From contig OX597827.1 in the NCBI GenBank assembly GCA_951406725.2, forward strand, positions 12,896,001 through 12,960,000: a DNA stretch of 64,000 nucleotides, written 5' to 3'. Numbering within the stretch: position 1 is the stretch's first letter; each line of letters opens with the position of its first letter. This document shows, in pieces, positions 1-13,902 of the stretch. Position numbers and translations under genes: made by a program. The stretch comes from Octopus vulgaris. Taxonomy: Eukaryota. The notes under the pieces were generated by a model. The model did not search any database. It saw nothing but the letters and a program-made list of their open reading frames with translations, and was not told where the DNA came from.

Positions 1-50
1 CACGATCGGATGGTGCTTTTTACGTGCCACCGGCACAGAAGCCGGTCAGC
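1..50 (-). mobile_element. RTE LINE 3'-UTR fragment (family B), cut by window edge
   Basis: ggtgctttttacgtgccaccggcac is the reverse complement of the GGTGGCACGTAAAA modules in the 3' UTR of the RTE at 48.5-48.7 kb. Confidence 0.65.
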
Positions 51-61
51 TAATATGTATA

Positions 62-115
<54 letters not shown>

Positions 116-122
116 CACACAC

Positions 123-168
<46 letters not shown>

Positions 169-192
169 GGGTATATATACATATAGGTTTTA

Positions 193-400
193 TGTTTTAC
201 TTGTTTCAATCATTAGACTGCAGCCATGCTGAGGCACCACCTAGAGGAGTTTTGGTCAAATGAGTCAACCCTACTACTTTTTGTTTTAAGCCTGCTACTT
301 ATAGCATCTGTCTGTTTTGCTGAACTGCTAAGTTATGGAGATGTAAACACACCAATACCAGTTGTGAAGTGGTGATGGGGCTCAAATGCAAAAACAAAAG
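193..400 (-). mobile_element. SINE family A, degraded 3' half
   Basis: ttttacttgtttcaatcattagactgcagccatgctg...ctgctaagttatggagatgtaaacacacc matches the intact copies at 20575 and 31942. Confidence 0.8.
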
Positions 401-418
401 CCCAGGCACTCACAGATA

Positions 419-512
<94 letters not shown>

Positions 513-551
513 TATATATATATGTTTATATTTATATATATATTTATATAT

Positions 552-763
552 GTCTTTGTGCCTGTGTTTGCCCTCCCCACCACCATGACTTGACAACTGA
601 TGTTGGTGTGTTTATGTCCCTAAAACTTAGCAGTTCAGTTCACAAAAGAGACTGATAAAATAAGTACTAGGCTTACAAAGAATAAATCCTGGGTTCAGTT
701 TCTTCGACTAAAGGTGGTGCTCCAGCATGGCTGCAATCAAATGACTGAAATGTGTAAAAGAGT
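552..763 (+). mobile_element. SINE family A, degraded 3' half
   Basis: gttggtgtgtttatgtccc...aagtactaggcttacaaagaataa...ccagcatggctgcaatcaaatgactgaaa...taaaagagta tail. Confidence 0.8.
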
Positions 764-771
764 ATATATAT

Positions 772-849
772 CATCATCATCATCCTCGTTTAACATCCGC
801 TTTCCATGCTAGCATGGGTTGGACAATTTGACTGAGGTCTGGCAAACCA
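772..849 (-). mobile_element. RTE 3' end (family B), very short 5'-truncated copy
   Basis: catcatcat...cgtttaacatccgctttccatgctagcatgggttggacaatttgactgagg is the reverse complement of the RTE terminus at 48830-48901. Confidence 0.8.
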
Positions 850-930
850 GATGTACAAATATTATTGCAATATAATAACATATATATGTATGTATATATA
901 CACGTATACGCACATGTATATTTATGTAAG

Positions 931-994
<64 letters not shown>

Positions 995-1154
995 TCTTCA
1001 TGTTCTTACATTGATACTACTCAGGCCACAAGTCAGTGGTTTGATGTGCTCAGACCATTGGAATAAAATACCTTCCTTGTAAACAAGGTTGACTTCAGAA
1101 TATGCCAACATGGAAAAAACATACACGAAGTAATGATATAAATATATGTGTATA

Positions 1155-1214
<60 letters not shown>

Positions 1215-1292
1215 TGTGTGTGCGTATCAACTTGCCCGCATTATTCTTCATTCAGTTTCTCTCTAATCTTTATATCTTTCATTCTCTCTCTG

Positions 1293-1323
<31 letters not shown>

Positions 1324-1326
<3 letters not shown>

Positions 1327-1610
1327 TCATCATCATTTTACGTCTGATTTTCATGCTGGCATGGGTTGGATGGTTTGACTGAGGACTGGTGAACCAGAGG
1401 CTGCACCAGGCTCAATCTGGTCTGGCAAAGTTTCTACAGCTGGATGACCTTCCTAACGCCAACCACGCTGAGAGTGTAGTGGGTGCTTTTACATTCCACC
1501 AGCACAAGGGCCAATCAGGTGGTACTGGCAACGGCCACATTCAAAAGGTGTTTTTATGTGCTACCTGCATGGGAGCCAAATCCGGCAGCACTGGTAATGA
1601 CCACACTTGA
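1324..1610 (-). mobile_element. RTE 3' end (family B)
   Basis: (CAT)n tail, then catgctggcatgggttggatggtttgactgaggactgg...tttctacagctggatgaccttcctaacgccaaccac; antisense match to 48600-48900. Confidence 0.85.
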
Positions 1611-1758
1611 ATGTTGTATGTATGTATGTATGTATGTATGTATGTAGGTATATAGATAGACAGATAAAGAGAGAGAGAGAGAGAGAGAAAGGAAAACAGA
1701 ATGAGAGAACACATGAAAAGAAGGACATAGAGAGAGGATAGTGATATTGATGAGTAGA

Positions 1759-1778
1759 ACGATGATGATGATGATGAC

Positions 1779-1859
<81 letters not shown>

Positions 1860-1982
1860 GGTGGTGGTGATTTTGGTGGTGGTGATTTTGGTGGTGGTGA
1901 TTTTGGTGGTAGTGATGGTAGTGGTGGTGGTGGTGGTGGAGGTGGAGGTGGTGGTGGAGGTGGTGGTGGTGGCGGTGATGGC
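1759..1982. repeat. Compound (GAT)n/(GGT)n trinucleotide microsatellite
   Basis: Direct inspection; source of the poly-M/H/S/P pseudo-ORFs. Confidence 0.95.
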
Positions 1983-2579
1983 AGCTGTTTGAAAACTGGA
2001 TCAAAACGGTCGACATGCATACTGTATTGCATACTGTATTCTTTTGTAATATGTGAACGCAGGTTATTACTCTATTGCTTAAACCATAGTTATTGAAACA
2101 GATTGGAAATTATATTCACACCAACGTTAAGTAATAATTAGACATACATTAATAAAATATATTGGTCTTTAAATTCCTAATTATGTGTATTCAACGAGAG
2201 ATCAAAAGCCAGGTAAATAGTGATTAAGTATTCAATTGATATTTATACAGGTATGCTAGACCAAGACAGACAAACATAAACAACTTCTTGAAAGCGATTT
2301 TAAGAAACTGGATCTGTTAACTAATGCTTCTCAACAGAGTGCATAGCTGAGTGATCCGGGAGTCTCCCAGGATGAGCTGCACTATTTCTGCATCGAGGAG
2401 TCAAACATTTGGTGCTATGGACTTCTGATCAGAATGTATAAGAATGGATTGCAAGATGGATTCTTCAAGTGAAACCAACTGGTGGAGGAGGGGGGGAACA
2501 TATGACAGTTGCATCTAATAAGACCCTAGAGAGGACTCTACCCCCCACTATCCTGCAAGGAATAATGGGCAGAAAAAAA

Positions 2580-2830
2580 TGGATGGATGGATGCATTTGA
2601 TGAATCGATGGATGGATGGATGGATGAATGGATGGATGAATGGATGGATGGATAGATGAATGGATGGATGGATGGATGGATGGATGGATGGATGGATGGA
2701 TGGATGGATGGATGGATGAATGGATGGATGAATGGATGGATGAATGGATGGATGGATAGATGATGGATGGATGGATGGATGGATGGATGGATGGATGGAT
2801 GGATGGATGGATGGATGAATGGATGGATGG
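2580..2830. repeat. (GGAT)n tetranucleotide microsatellite
   Basis: Direct inspection. Confidence 0.95.
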
Positions 2831-3015
2831 GATCAATTTAATTCTAGTTGGTGTTTGATATGGGATTTTACACCCAGAAATGCATATCTGTAGTATTTCA
2901 ATAATTAATAATCCATTGTTGATTGTCTTTAATCAATCAAAAACAACAATGATGATGACGACGACAACATCAACTATGACAATAATGATGATACAATAAT
3001 AATAATAATAATAAT

Positions 3016-3218
3016 AATCCTTTCTACAAGGTCTGAAATTTGAGGGAGGGAGCTGGTCGATTACATCCATCCTCAGAACTTAACTGGTATTTCTTTCATC
3101 ATGTCTGAAAGGATGAAAGGCAAAGTCAACCTCAACAGAATTTGAACTCTGAATGTAAGGACATACTACTAAGCAGTTTACCTGGGTGTGCTAATGATCC
3201 TGCAAGCTTGCTGCCTTG
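3016..3218 (-). mobile_element. SINE family C (tRNA-derived), degraded
   Basis: gaaaggatgaaaggcaaagtcaacctc...gaatttgaactctgaa core shared with 3306-3531 and the 28.9-31.7 kb cluster; flanked by (AAT)n. Confidence 0.8.
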
Positions 3219-3242
3219 ATTATAAGAATAATAATAATAATT

Positions 3243-3304
<62 letters not shown>

Positions 3305-3305
3305 T

Positions 3306-3531
3306 CATTTCTTTATTGCCCACAGGATGCTAAACATAGAGGGGACAAACAGGGACAGACAAATCGGATTAAGTCGATTATATCGACCCCAGTGCGTAAC
3401 TGGTACTTATTTAATCGACCCCGAAAGGATGAAAGGCAAAGTCGACCTCGGCGGAATTTGAGCTCAGAACGTAGCGGCAGACGAAACACCACTAAGCATT
3501 TCGCCCAGCGTGCTAACGTTTCTGCCAGCTT
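3306..3531 (-). mobile_element. SINE family C, well preserved
   Basis: CpG-rich copy: atcgaccccgaaaggatgaaaggcaaagtcgacctcggcggaatttgagctcagaacg; A-box-like (TGGCAGAAACG) and B-box-like (GAGCTCAAATTCC) motifs on the minus strand; embedded in (AAT)n. Confidence 0.85.
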
Positions 3532-4115
3532 AATAATAATAACTATAAATTGTTTGAATTTATGCCATTTTATCTAAGGATATTGTTGTTATTTTTATCA
3601 GTTAAACAGAGAAATATTTTGCAAAATTATTACATAAATGTTTGTTTGGAGGCATCGACAATAATGCGTAAGGTATTGTAGTGTATCATTTTTCATTTAC
3701 CTACATATGAGCATCAATCTGTATATATGTAGTTATATGCATTAAGACGGAGGGAGAGAGGGTGATGAGATTGATGAGGTTGACAGAGGGAGGGAAACAG
3801 ATAGATGGAAAAAGATAAAAGAGATGCTTCTGGATGCATAGATGCATGACTGGGAGAAAAAACAGTACAGTGTGCATGTTGTAGAATTAAAGTATTTATT
3901 CAAAGCCAAATCCTCATTCTGTCATTACACAGAATTTCCTGAGTGACTTTGAAGTGCGTGCAGAGAACAGGAAACTCAGAGTATTGAGGAAATGAAGATT
4001 TAATTTTGAATATATATATATATATATACACACACACATATATGTTGTATGTATGTATGTATGTAAGTATGTATGTATGCATGTATGTATGTATGTATAT
4101 ATGTATGCATGTATC

Positions 4116-4146
<31 letters not shown>

Positions 4147-4190
4147 TTACGCACATACACACATATATATATACATGCATATATATATGT

Positions 4191-4311
<121 letters not shown>

Positions 4312-4887
4312 TATATGTGTGTGTATATATATATACACATATATGTGTGTGTCTATATATATGGGGTGGTTATATATATATATATATGTATATAGGTGTG
4401 TGTGTCCCCATACACACACATGCGTGGCTGATTAGCCAATATGCACTCATCGCCATGCACCAGCTCAGTGACCAACAGCTTTGACTCTTTTTGCCTCTTT
4501 TCTACCACAACTAGAAAGGCTTCTGTTCCTATGAAATATTTCACTCTTTATACCCCTTCTTTCAAATCCATTCATGTACAATTTTTTGTGTCACATCCTT
4601 TACATCATTCACTGTTCTTCATTATTCCTGTTCAGAATTGCAGCTCTCTACATCTTTTTCTATTCCCAATTTTCTTGCTAATGTTCTGATTTTGTAATTA
4701 TTGTTGTTGTTTTATTATTGCATTCAAATTGAGGGTGATTCATAAGACTATATTTCAATCCCAGTATTTTACTGGTATTGCATTTTATGAAACATCACAG
4801 AGGTGAAAGCCAAAGTTAGTCCTTTGTCTTCTGCCATAATTCTATTTACATTATGGTGCCTTTTTTTGGAATAATAAATTCATTTCC

Positions 4888-5175
4888 AATGTTGTTGGCA
4901 TCCTTTTTGTCTCAGGAGACAATGGAGTTGCGCATAAAATAGTCCAGTCCGGCTTTTACATTTCATGTCCTGATACATTTCCTGCTGTGGCTGTGTAGTC
5001 CTATCCTGGACAAACACTCCCTCTGGCAGGTGCCGCAAATGTAGCGAAGACTGTTCCTGGCTTGTTGTAGTGTCATAGTTTCTTGTTGACGTCTTTTCTT
5101 GTCTTTCCATTTCTCCTCTCTCTCTCTGTCACTCCTTTGTATTCCCTCTTTTACGGTACGTCGCCAATCTCCACA
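4888..5175 (-). mobile_element. RTE (BovB-like) LINE 3' fragment with C-terminal zinc finger
   Basis: Minus strand encodes ...YICGTCQRECLSRIGLHSHSRKC, the C-x2-C...SRIGL-x-SH motif typical of RTE ORF ends, followed by ccattgtctcctgagacaaaaaggatgccaacaac (RTE-type 3' terminus). Confidence 0.8.
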
Positions 5176-5499
5176 GTAACTAACTGGTATTATATTTTAT
5201 TGACAATTAGAAAGCAGAAAATGCAATACAGGGCCCACATTTTGTGTTAGTTTTCTCTTATAATTTCATCTAAACCTTGGAGGCTTTATAAGAATATTAA
5301 TTGTAACCCAGCTATTTAAATGACTTTTGGCAAAATATAAGGCAATGTTTGTCACATTCTTTGCCTTAGTTTTTGTCATAATTCCATTTACATGTTGGAA
5401 ACTTGATAAGAATGTTAAATCTACCCCAACACTTAAAGTAACATCTAGAAAAATATGTATCTGACTCATACACTGTTCGCTTTCCAGACATTTGTACAT

Positions 5500-5601
5500 T
5501 ACTGCATATACTTTCTACGCACTTCTGACAAGTTGTGGTGCACCTGAGCACTGTATACAATAATTTCATTATTATTATTATTATCATTATTATTATTATT
5601 A

Positions 5602-5653
<52 letters not shown>

Positions 5654-5730
5654 CATTATTATTATTATTATTATTGTCATTATTATTATTATTATTATTA
5701 TTATCATTATTATTATTATTATTATTATTA

Positions 5731-5809
<79 letters not shown>

Positions 5810-5814
5810 CATTG

Positions 5815-5851
<37 letters not shown>

Positions 5852-5952
5852 CATTATTATTATTATTATTATTGTCATTATTATTATTATTGTCATTATT
5901 ATTATTATTATTATTATCATTATTATCATTATTATTATTATTATTATTATTG

Positions 5953-6004
<52 letters not shown>

Positions 6005-6102
6005 CATTATTATTATTATTATTATTATCATTATTATTATTATTATTATTATCATTATTATTATTATTATTATTGTCATTATTATTATTATTATTATTAT
6101 TA

Positions 6103-6168
<66 letters not shown>

Positions 6169-6187
6169 TTATTATTATTATTATTAC

Positions 6188-6256
<69 letters not shown>
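5500..6256 (+). repeat. Retroelement-like 3' end followed by ~690-bp (ATT)n/(ATC) array
   Basis: gtgcacctgagcactgtatacaataatttcattattatt recurs almost identically at 19961-19995, again followed by (ATT)n. Confidence 0.75.
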
Positions 6257-6257
<1 letters not shown>

Positions 6258-6642
6258 ACTGACAGAGTACCAGTTATGCATGGGTGAACCATTTCAATCC
6301 CTTCCATCTCATTACCTGGGTAACAGCATTTATCATGGGAACATTTCTTTCTTTTATACATAGAAGCGTTTCTATGTTTCTATGTCTGTCTCAAATTGAA
6401 ATCCCAACTATTAAACTTTAAGTACAGCATTTTAAGAACTTCTAGACTACATGTCTCTTAAGACCTCATTGGGCAAGTTTCACCAGTATCATGACTGGAG
6501 AAAGAAGGGCCATTGTACAGTGTAATTTTGAGTGATTTGTTGACACCCTGCCTATTCTAAATCTCGTTGCTTTGTATTCTAAGTGTATGTATCTATCTAT
6601 CAATTGTCCATCAAATTCTCTATCTCTCTCTTTTGATATCTA

Positions 6643-6768
<126 letters not shown>

Positions 6769-6777
6769 TATATATAT

Positions 6778-7070
6778 AGGTGTGGCTGTGTGGTATGTAG
6801 TTTGTTTACGAACCACATGGTTCCGGGTTCAGTCCCACTGCATGGCACATTCTACTATAGCCTCAGGCCGACCAAAGCTTTGTGAGTGGATTTGGTAGAT
6901 GGAAACTGAAAGAAGCCCATCGTATATATATATATATATATATAAAGAGACCGATAGAATAAGTACTAGGCTTACAAAGAATAAGTCCTGGGGTCGATTT
7001 GCTCGACTAAAGGTGGTGCCCCAGCATGCCCACAGTCAACTGACTGAAAGAAGCAAAAGAGTAAAAGAGA
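6778..7070 (+). mobile_element. SINE family A with internal deletions
   Basis: Head ggtgtggctgtgtggtatgtag...ggttccgggttcagtcccactg; central (TA)n joined directly to aaagagaccgatagaataagtact; tail aaaagagtaaaagag. Confidence 0.88.
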
Positions 7071-7155
7071 GAGAATATATGCACACACACACAGACACAT
7101 ATACATGCATACATAGAAGTATCCACATACATACATACATGCATACATACATACA

Positions 7156-7188
<33 letters not shown>

Positions 7189-7379
7189 GCATATATACAT
7201 ACATACATACATACATACATACATACATACATACGTACATACATACATACATACTTACATACATACATATGGATGGATGGATGGATGGATGGATGGATGG
7301 ATGGATGGATAAATAGATGGATAGAGAGACAGACAAAAAGACAAAGATAGATATGTTCATAAACAAATTGATAGATAAC

Positions 7380-7446
<67 letters not shown>

Positions 7447-8191
7447 GCAGACAAGCAGGCAGATACATAGAAAGATAGAAATAAAGTAAATAGCCATCAA
7501 AAGTATTGCATGTTGTGAAATAACTTCGGTCTTAAAACCATGTTCCCAGTTAATTAAGAACTAAAAAAAAACTTGTCAAGAACCATTTGTCATCGTATTA
7601 GATTGAAGTTTTCTCTGAAGGTGTAGTGACAGGTATGTGTTCTGGTCGTAAAGGCAGTGCTAATAGCAAAAAGGTGTACTATTGGCAGATAATGAGTTCA
7701 ATGAGGTTGGTGCTGGAAGATGCTATAAGGATGGATGCCAAAGTTGCGGCTTTTACTTCTAGTAGTTATCATATTCATTTGTAATATAGAATATATGTAA
7801 AAAAAAATACCTGCATCTAATTTCATTTCCATTCCTTTGATCTTCTCATTCCCTTACCAAATCTTTACAATCTAAAACTGACATACATGCCATGCAAGTG
7901 TTATTGTTGCAAATCTAATATTCTCTATCACTGTGATACTGAAGATATATGGTTTTGAACTTTACACACACACACACATGACATGTATGTATGTACGTAT
8001 TTATGTATGTATGTATGTAGTTATGTATGTACATATGTATGTAAGTATGTAGGTACGTATGTATGTATGTATGTATATATATATACTCACATGTATATAC
8101 ATAAATATTTAAATATCTATATATGTATACATACATGCATACATATATATATATATACATAAATGTGTACAAATACATATATATAAGTACT

Positions 8192-8237
<46 letters not shown>

Positions 8238-8586
8238 AATATATGTATACAAATATGTGTGTGTGTATATGTACCTATATATATACATATATAACACTTA
8301 CACAACACTTACACACAAACACACACACACACATACATGCATATGTATATATAAAATGGTCTTTGAGAAATATGAAATCAATGCTTAGGCCTAAATGTAA
8401 TTTCATATGTAATATATTTATATATACATTCATGGCTCGTATATATAAATCAGTTCTAAAATGTGTGTGTGTCTATGTGTATTATGTGTGTGCTGTAGGC
8501 ATACTGACAAAGAGAGAGAGAGAGAATGGTAATGATATATATACACACACTTACATACATATATATATACATGCATACATACATAC

Positions 8587-8634
<48 letters not shown>

Positions 8635-9461
8635 ATATGTATATATATATATGCACATACATATATATATATATATATATATATGTGCACATACATATAA
8701 ATTTATACATACACATATGCACACACTAGAAGTAAATATATATACACAATGTTTTAAATCCAAACCTGTATTGTCTGTCCTACTTTAGAAATATCTGAAT
8801 ATATTAGTTCAGAAACCAATGAATTTTAAACTTAAAGTTCATTTCACTGTGTAATCCACATGGAGACCAGAATCAACTAAATAACATTACCGTTTTCTTC
8901 TAAATTCATTCGTATTAGATATAAGAAAGAATTTCAATTGCATTCCAAAAACAAAATTGATTCTCTCTCCTGCTTCCTACTCCAGACTATTTTTAAATAT
9001 TCTCATTTCTTTACCTTCTCTCGAAAACCAATCTTCAAGAATCTCTCATGGATGCTATCTGATCGCTACTCGCATTTTGTTGTTTAATCTACCGCCTGCT
9101 TCTTTGGGAAACTATCATTCCTGGTTGGAATCATATAGATAAACAATAGTTAATTTTCTTTACAAATAAAAATCTTCTCTGAAATAGCCCTTCAAAAAGA
9201 TGATAAATATGCCTTAGAATATTAATGGAGAAGTGTATTGAAAACTAATGAGTAAAATCTATTAAAAATCCTCTCTCAATATAACATGCAAACATAATGT
9301 TTACAGAACAAATTGGTTTTCCAGGGAGTGCTGGAAAGAGAATTTCAGATAGCAATATATGTATGCACTGCATATTTATGTGTGCACTGTCTATTTTCTG
9401 GAAATGTATGCATGTGTGTGTGTGTACATGTGTGTTTGTGTGTGCATTTGCTTGTGTGTGA

Positions 9462-9624
<163 letters not shown>

Positions 9625-10129
9625 TACACATCACATATACACATGTTGTATATATGTTATGCATATGACAGATTGTATGTAAGCATATATGTACCTGAAC
9701 GTGAATACACATTAAAGTTTGTAAATATGTACATTTACATATGTATATGTACGTGTGTGTATATATATATGTATATGGTATGTATGTGTGTATTACACAT
9801 GTGTGTATTACACATGTGTGTATATGTAGATATATATAGATATATATATATACACACATGAGGTAATATGTAGGTATATGCATATTTGCTTGTGAAAGGT
9901 TTAAATATTTTAAATGTATTTATTTCATAGCAGTTGGCTAAGTATATGTAAATGTATGTGTGTGTATATGTGGTTATATGCACATATGCATTGTGGGTTT
10001 TGGAGTGTATGTGGTACATGTGTGTGTGTGTGTGTGTGTGTGTGCTTTTATGTTTCATGTAGAGTGTGTATGAGTTCCTGAGAATGTGAGAATGTGTGAT
10101 ATAATGAGTAGAAAAGAAGTAGAGATAAT

Positions 10130-10450
10130 GCAAGAGAGAGAGAGAGAGAGAAAGAGAGGTAGGGAGGAAGAAAGAGTAGGACAAAGAGAGAGAAAGATAG
10201 AGAAGCATGGAGAGAGAGAGAGAGAGAGAGAGGGAGGAAGAAAGAGTAGGACAAAGAGAGAGACAGATAGAGAAGCATGGAGAGAGAGAAAGAGAGGTAG
10301 GGAGGAAGAAAGAGTAGGACAAAGAGAGAGACAGATAGAGAAGCATGGAGAGAGAGAAGAGAGGTAGGGAGGAAGAAAGAGTAGGACAAAGAGAGAGAGA
10401 CAGATAGAGATGAATGGAGAGAGAGAAAGAGAAAGAGAGAGAGAGAGAGA
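10130..10450. repeat. Purine-rich minisatellite, ~60-70-bp unit, about 5 copies
   Basis: Repeated gggaggaagaaagagtaggacaaagagagagacagatagagaagcatgg. Confidence 0.9.
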
Positions 10451-10826
10451 GAAGCAGAGATGGTGTAGGACATCAACCCTCGTCTTAATTTGATTCTTTC
10501 TTACATAATATCTATTCTTTCAAGATAGAAGGGAAACGCACAGTGGTGGACATTATGTTGAGTTGAGTGTGCACAGAGGTGTGGGTGCTGGGTGGTGTTG
10601 GGTGATGTTGGGCGTGTGGGTGGGGTGAAAGGGTAGGAGGATAGTAAATGGAGTAAAAATCTGTGTCCAAAGTAGGTGAGCTGAACAATTAATAGAAGAG
10701 ACTGCCAATAAATCAAGCTCTGATAATTCATCATTCTCCCGCTAACTGCATGCTTTGACCACCACCACCAAATGGATGGACTTCTTACTAATGTATAAGA
10801 TAGCAAAGAGAAGATATATATATATA

Positions 10827-10895
<69 letters not shown>

Positions 10896-10910
10896 ATATA
10901 TATATATATA

Positions 10911-10949
<39 letters not shown>

Positions 10950-11006
10950 GTAGATAGATAGGTAGAGAGATTGTCAGAAAGAAAGAAACAAACAAATAAA
11001 GAAAGT

Positions 11007-11041
<35 letters not shown>

Positions 11042-11100
11042 GTAGGTAGGTAGGTAGGTAGGTAGGTAGGTAGGTAGGTAGGTAGGTAGATGGATAGATG

Positions 11101-11177
<77 letters not shown>

Positions 11178-11745
11178 GTAGAGAGATAGACAAGTTAAGA
11201 AGAAGTGAATGTATGAAAGAGAAAGAGAGAGAGGGAGAAAATGAGAATGGGATGCATTGCTTCTTGTCTTTCCATCAAACAAATGAGCTGGCATCGGGAA
11301 AATATACATACATACATACATACATCAAACATATACACTTGCATACATATGCAAACACACACTCATGAAAAGTGAGAGAGATAGAAAGAGAAAGTGAGTG
11401 GGGATAGGAGGAGAGTGTATGAGTGAAAGAAAGAGGCGAAGAGAGAGGAAGGGAGGGAGAAAAAGAGAGGGGCAGAGTTTGCTTCTCTTCTCATCAAACA
11501 AATAAACTGTGAGAAAAATACCCTCTACACACTTCCAAACATTTACAAGCTTCTTCTTGCATACGCATACACAAATTGACACATTGGTACCATTCACACA
11601 CTCATAAATACTCGTGCACACACACACACGCACACACACACATACTCACAGGCAAACACATACACATAAACACACACATATATTACATACAATGCCACAA
11701 TGCTAACACATATAAGCATATATCCTTTTATACACACTCATCTAA

Positions 11746-11787
<42 letters not shown>

Positions 11788-13359
11788 CCAAGTACACACA
11801 TATGCATCGACATACACACAGGCACACTCTCACACACAGATGTCTATATGTGTAGTGACACATACACACAATCAGTTATACATTTATACACATAGATACA
11901 CTTAGAAAGTTGATTATACTCACCATGTTCATAAACATACACACACATAGTTTCATACTGACTCAAACACATATATACACAAGTACACATGCTCATATAC
12001 CCACACACATTCTCACGTACCCACATCTAATACTACCCCCGTTCCCCGCCGATCTCTCTCCTCTCTCTTTCTATCTCCTTCTCGTGCTCTCTCACACACA
12101 CACACACATATACTCCTAAAACTTGCTCTCACACACATGCTTGGACATACAATGCTCACACACACACACTGATGTGCTCGCATAGACACATACGCACACA
12201 TATAGTGCTCTCGCACGTACATACGCAACGCTCTCTCACATACACACAGATATACACACATATACACAGATACACACAGATATACACACGTACACACAGA
12301 TATACACACATATACACACAGATATACACACATACACACATATATACACACATATACACACAGATATACACACATATACACAGATATACACAAATATACA
12401 CACAAATACACACAGATATACACACATACACACAGATATACACAAATACACACACATGAACGTGAAGAGAGAAAATGAAAGAGCTAGAAAGAGCGAGAGA
12501 GAGAAAGAAGAAGAAGAAAGACAGAGAAAAGAGAGCGTCACAGATACAGGAAAGAAAGAGCCACACGGAAACAAGTTTGGCTCTCATTAATCATACCAAA
12601 CTTCTTGAAGAGACAATCTTGATAAAGTAGGGAATTATTTGAGGAGAAGAGGAAAAAGACGGTCTGTAAGAATTCTTCAGTGGAAAAATGGTCAAGCTAA
12701 TGGATAGCAAAAGATAGATTTGGTCCCCAAACAGAACGCTTGTTAAGCTCTAGCAGTCACTTTCAACAGGAAAAATTGATGGCATTAATCTAACCCCCTT
12801 CTAGTCAGGGATGTACAGACCAGTTTAACAATCACTTTCACAGTATTCCTCAAATGATTCCTTCTCATCGTTGTTGTTTTTTTTTCTCTAATTTTATTTT
12901 TCATTTGCAGTTTTATTTATTTATTGAATCTTTTATTTATTTTTTCATCTATTTATTCATTTTTTTTTTTTTTTACTGTTCTCGTTTATGGGATTGAAAC
13001 CAGTGGAAAATATGCCGAGGCACAGCCTTCAGGGGGTTTAGTTGATTATATCCAGTCCCCACTAAGTTATTACACTCTGCTATATATTTTATGAACCTTT
13101 ATATGTTGAACTCCTAAGTTATGGGATATAAGAAGATGTAGCATAAACAACACAAGTTTTTGGACGAGTGAAAGCCTAAATGGACACACACACACATACA
13201 CACACACACACACACATATGGTAAGTTTTGAGACAGTTTCCATTGACCAAATTTCTCTCATAAAGTATTGGTTAGCTGGAGGCTTTTGTAGACCCTTTTT
13301 TTTTTACTTATAAACACACAAATACACACGTATGTTTAAATACATACATATATGAATGA

Positions 13360-13902
13360 AGGCAGAAAATTGGAAAATATCCTTTGGTATTATTTTGCAC
13401 TACATATGTTTCATTACTTATAGGAGTTATATAGTTGTACATGTAGAAAAACATGTAAGACATTTCCTATTAGTAACACCCTGAGATAATATAGACTTAA
13501 TACATTGAGCTACAATATATAGCATGTATATATATATATAAACAAAAGGGTAATAATATAGATTACTACCAGTGGCTCAGCACAAAAGACGAATTAGTCA
13601 TTAGACAAAATATTATTCATGTAGAAATATAATTAAGGGCTCCTAAATAAGGATGCCAAGTGCTGGGGACACAAAAAGGGGATAGATTTATCGAGAGTGA
13701 AAATCAAAAACATTTACCGTGTCCCCAGCACTTGGCATCCTTATTTAGGAACCCTTAATTATATTTCTATATATATATACTGTATGTATATTTGTAGTTC
13801 AATCCAATATAAGCTTGTACTATTTTAATTCTTAGGCTGAAGAATTACTAATAGATGTATTACAGAATAAACGATACCAGAATCTTTTCCAGTTTTCTGT
13901 TT
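13360..13902. mobile_element. Degraded inverted pair of Penelope-like/hammerhead-type elements enclosing a second hairpin
   Basis: 13360-13530 and 13775-13902 are diverged inverted copies (tgtagctcaat/tgtagttcaat, ttactaatag, ttttccaattttctg/ttttccagttttctg); the inner 51-bp arms 13622-13672 and 13719-13769 are almost perfectly inverted. Confidence 0.6.

Noticed and set aside
2250-2560. Unique, moderately GC-rich stretch with a near-open frame (LESDFKKLDLL...)
   Set aside because: Internal stop and no recognisable motif; cannot be assigned without a search
7621-7632. 12-nt AG|gtgtagtgacag|GTATGT micro-exon-like site
   Set aside because: Weak pyrimidine tract; such matches arise by chance in 64 kb
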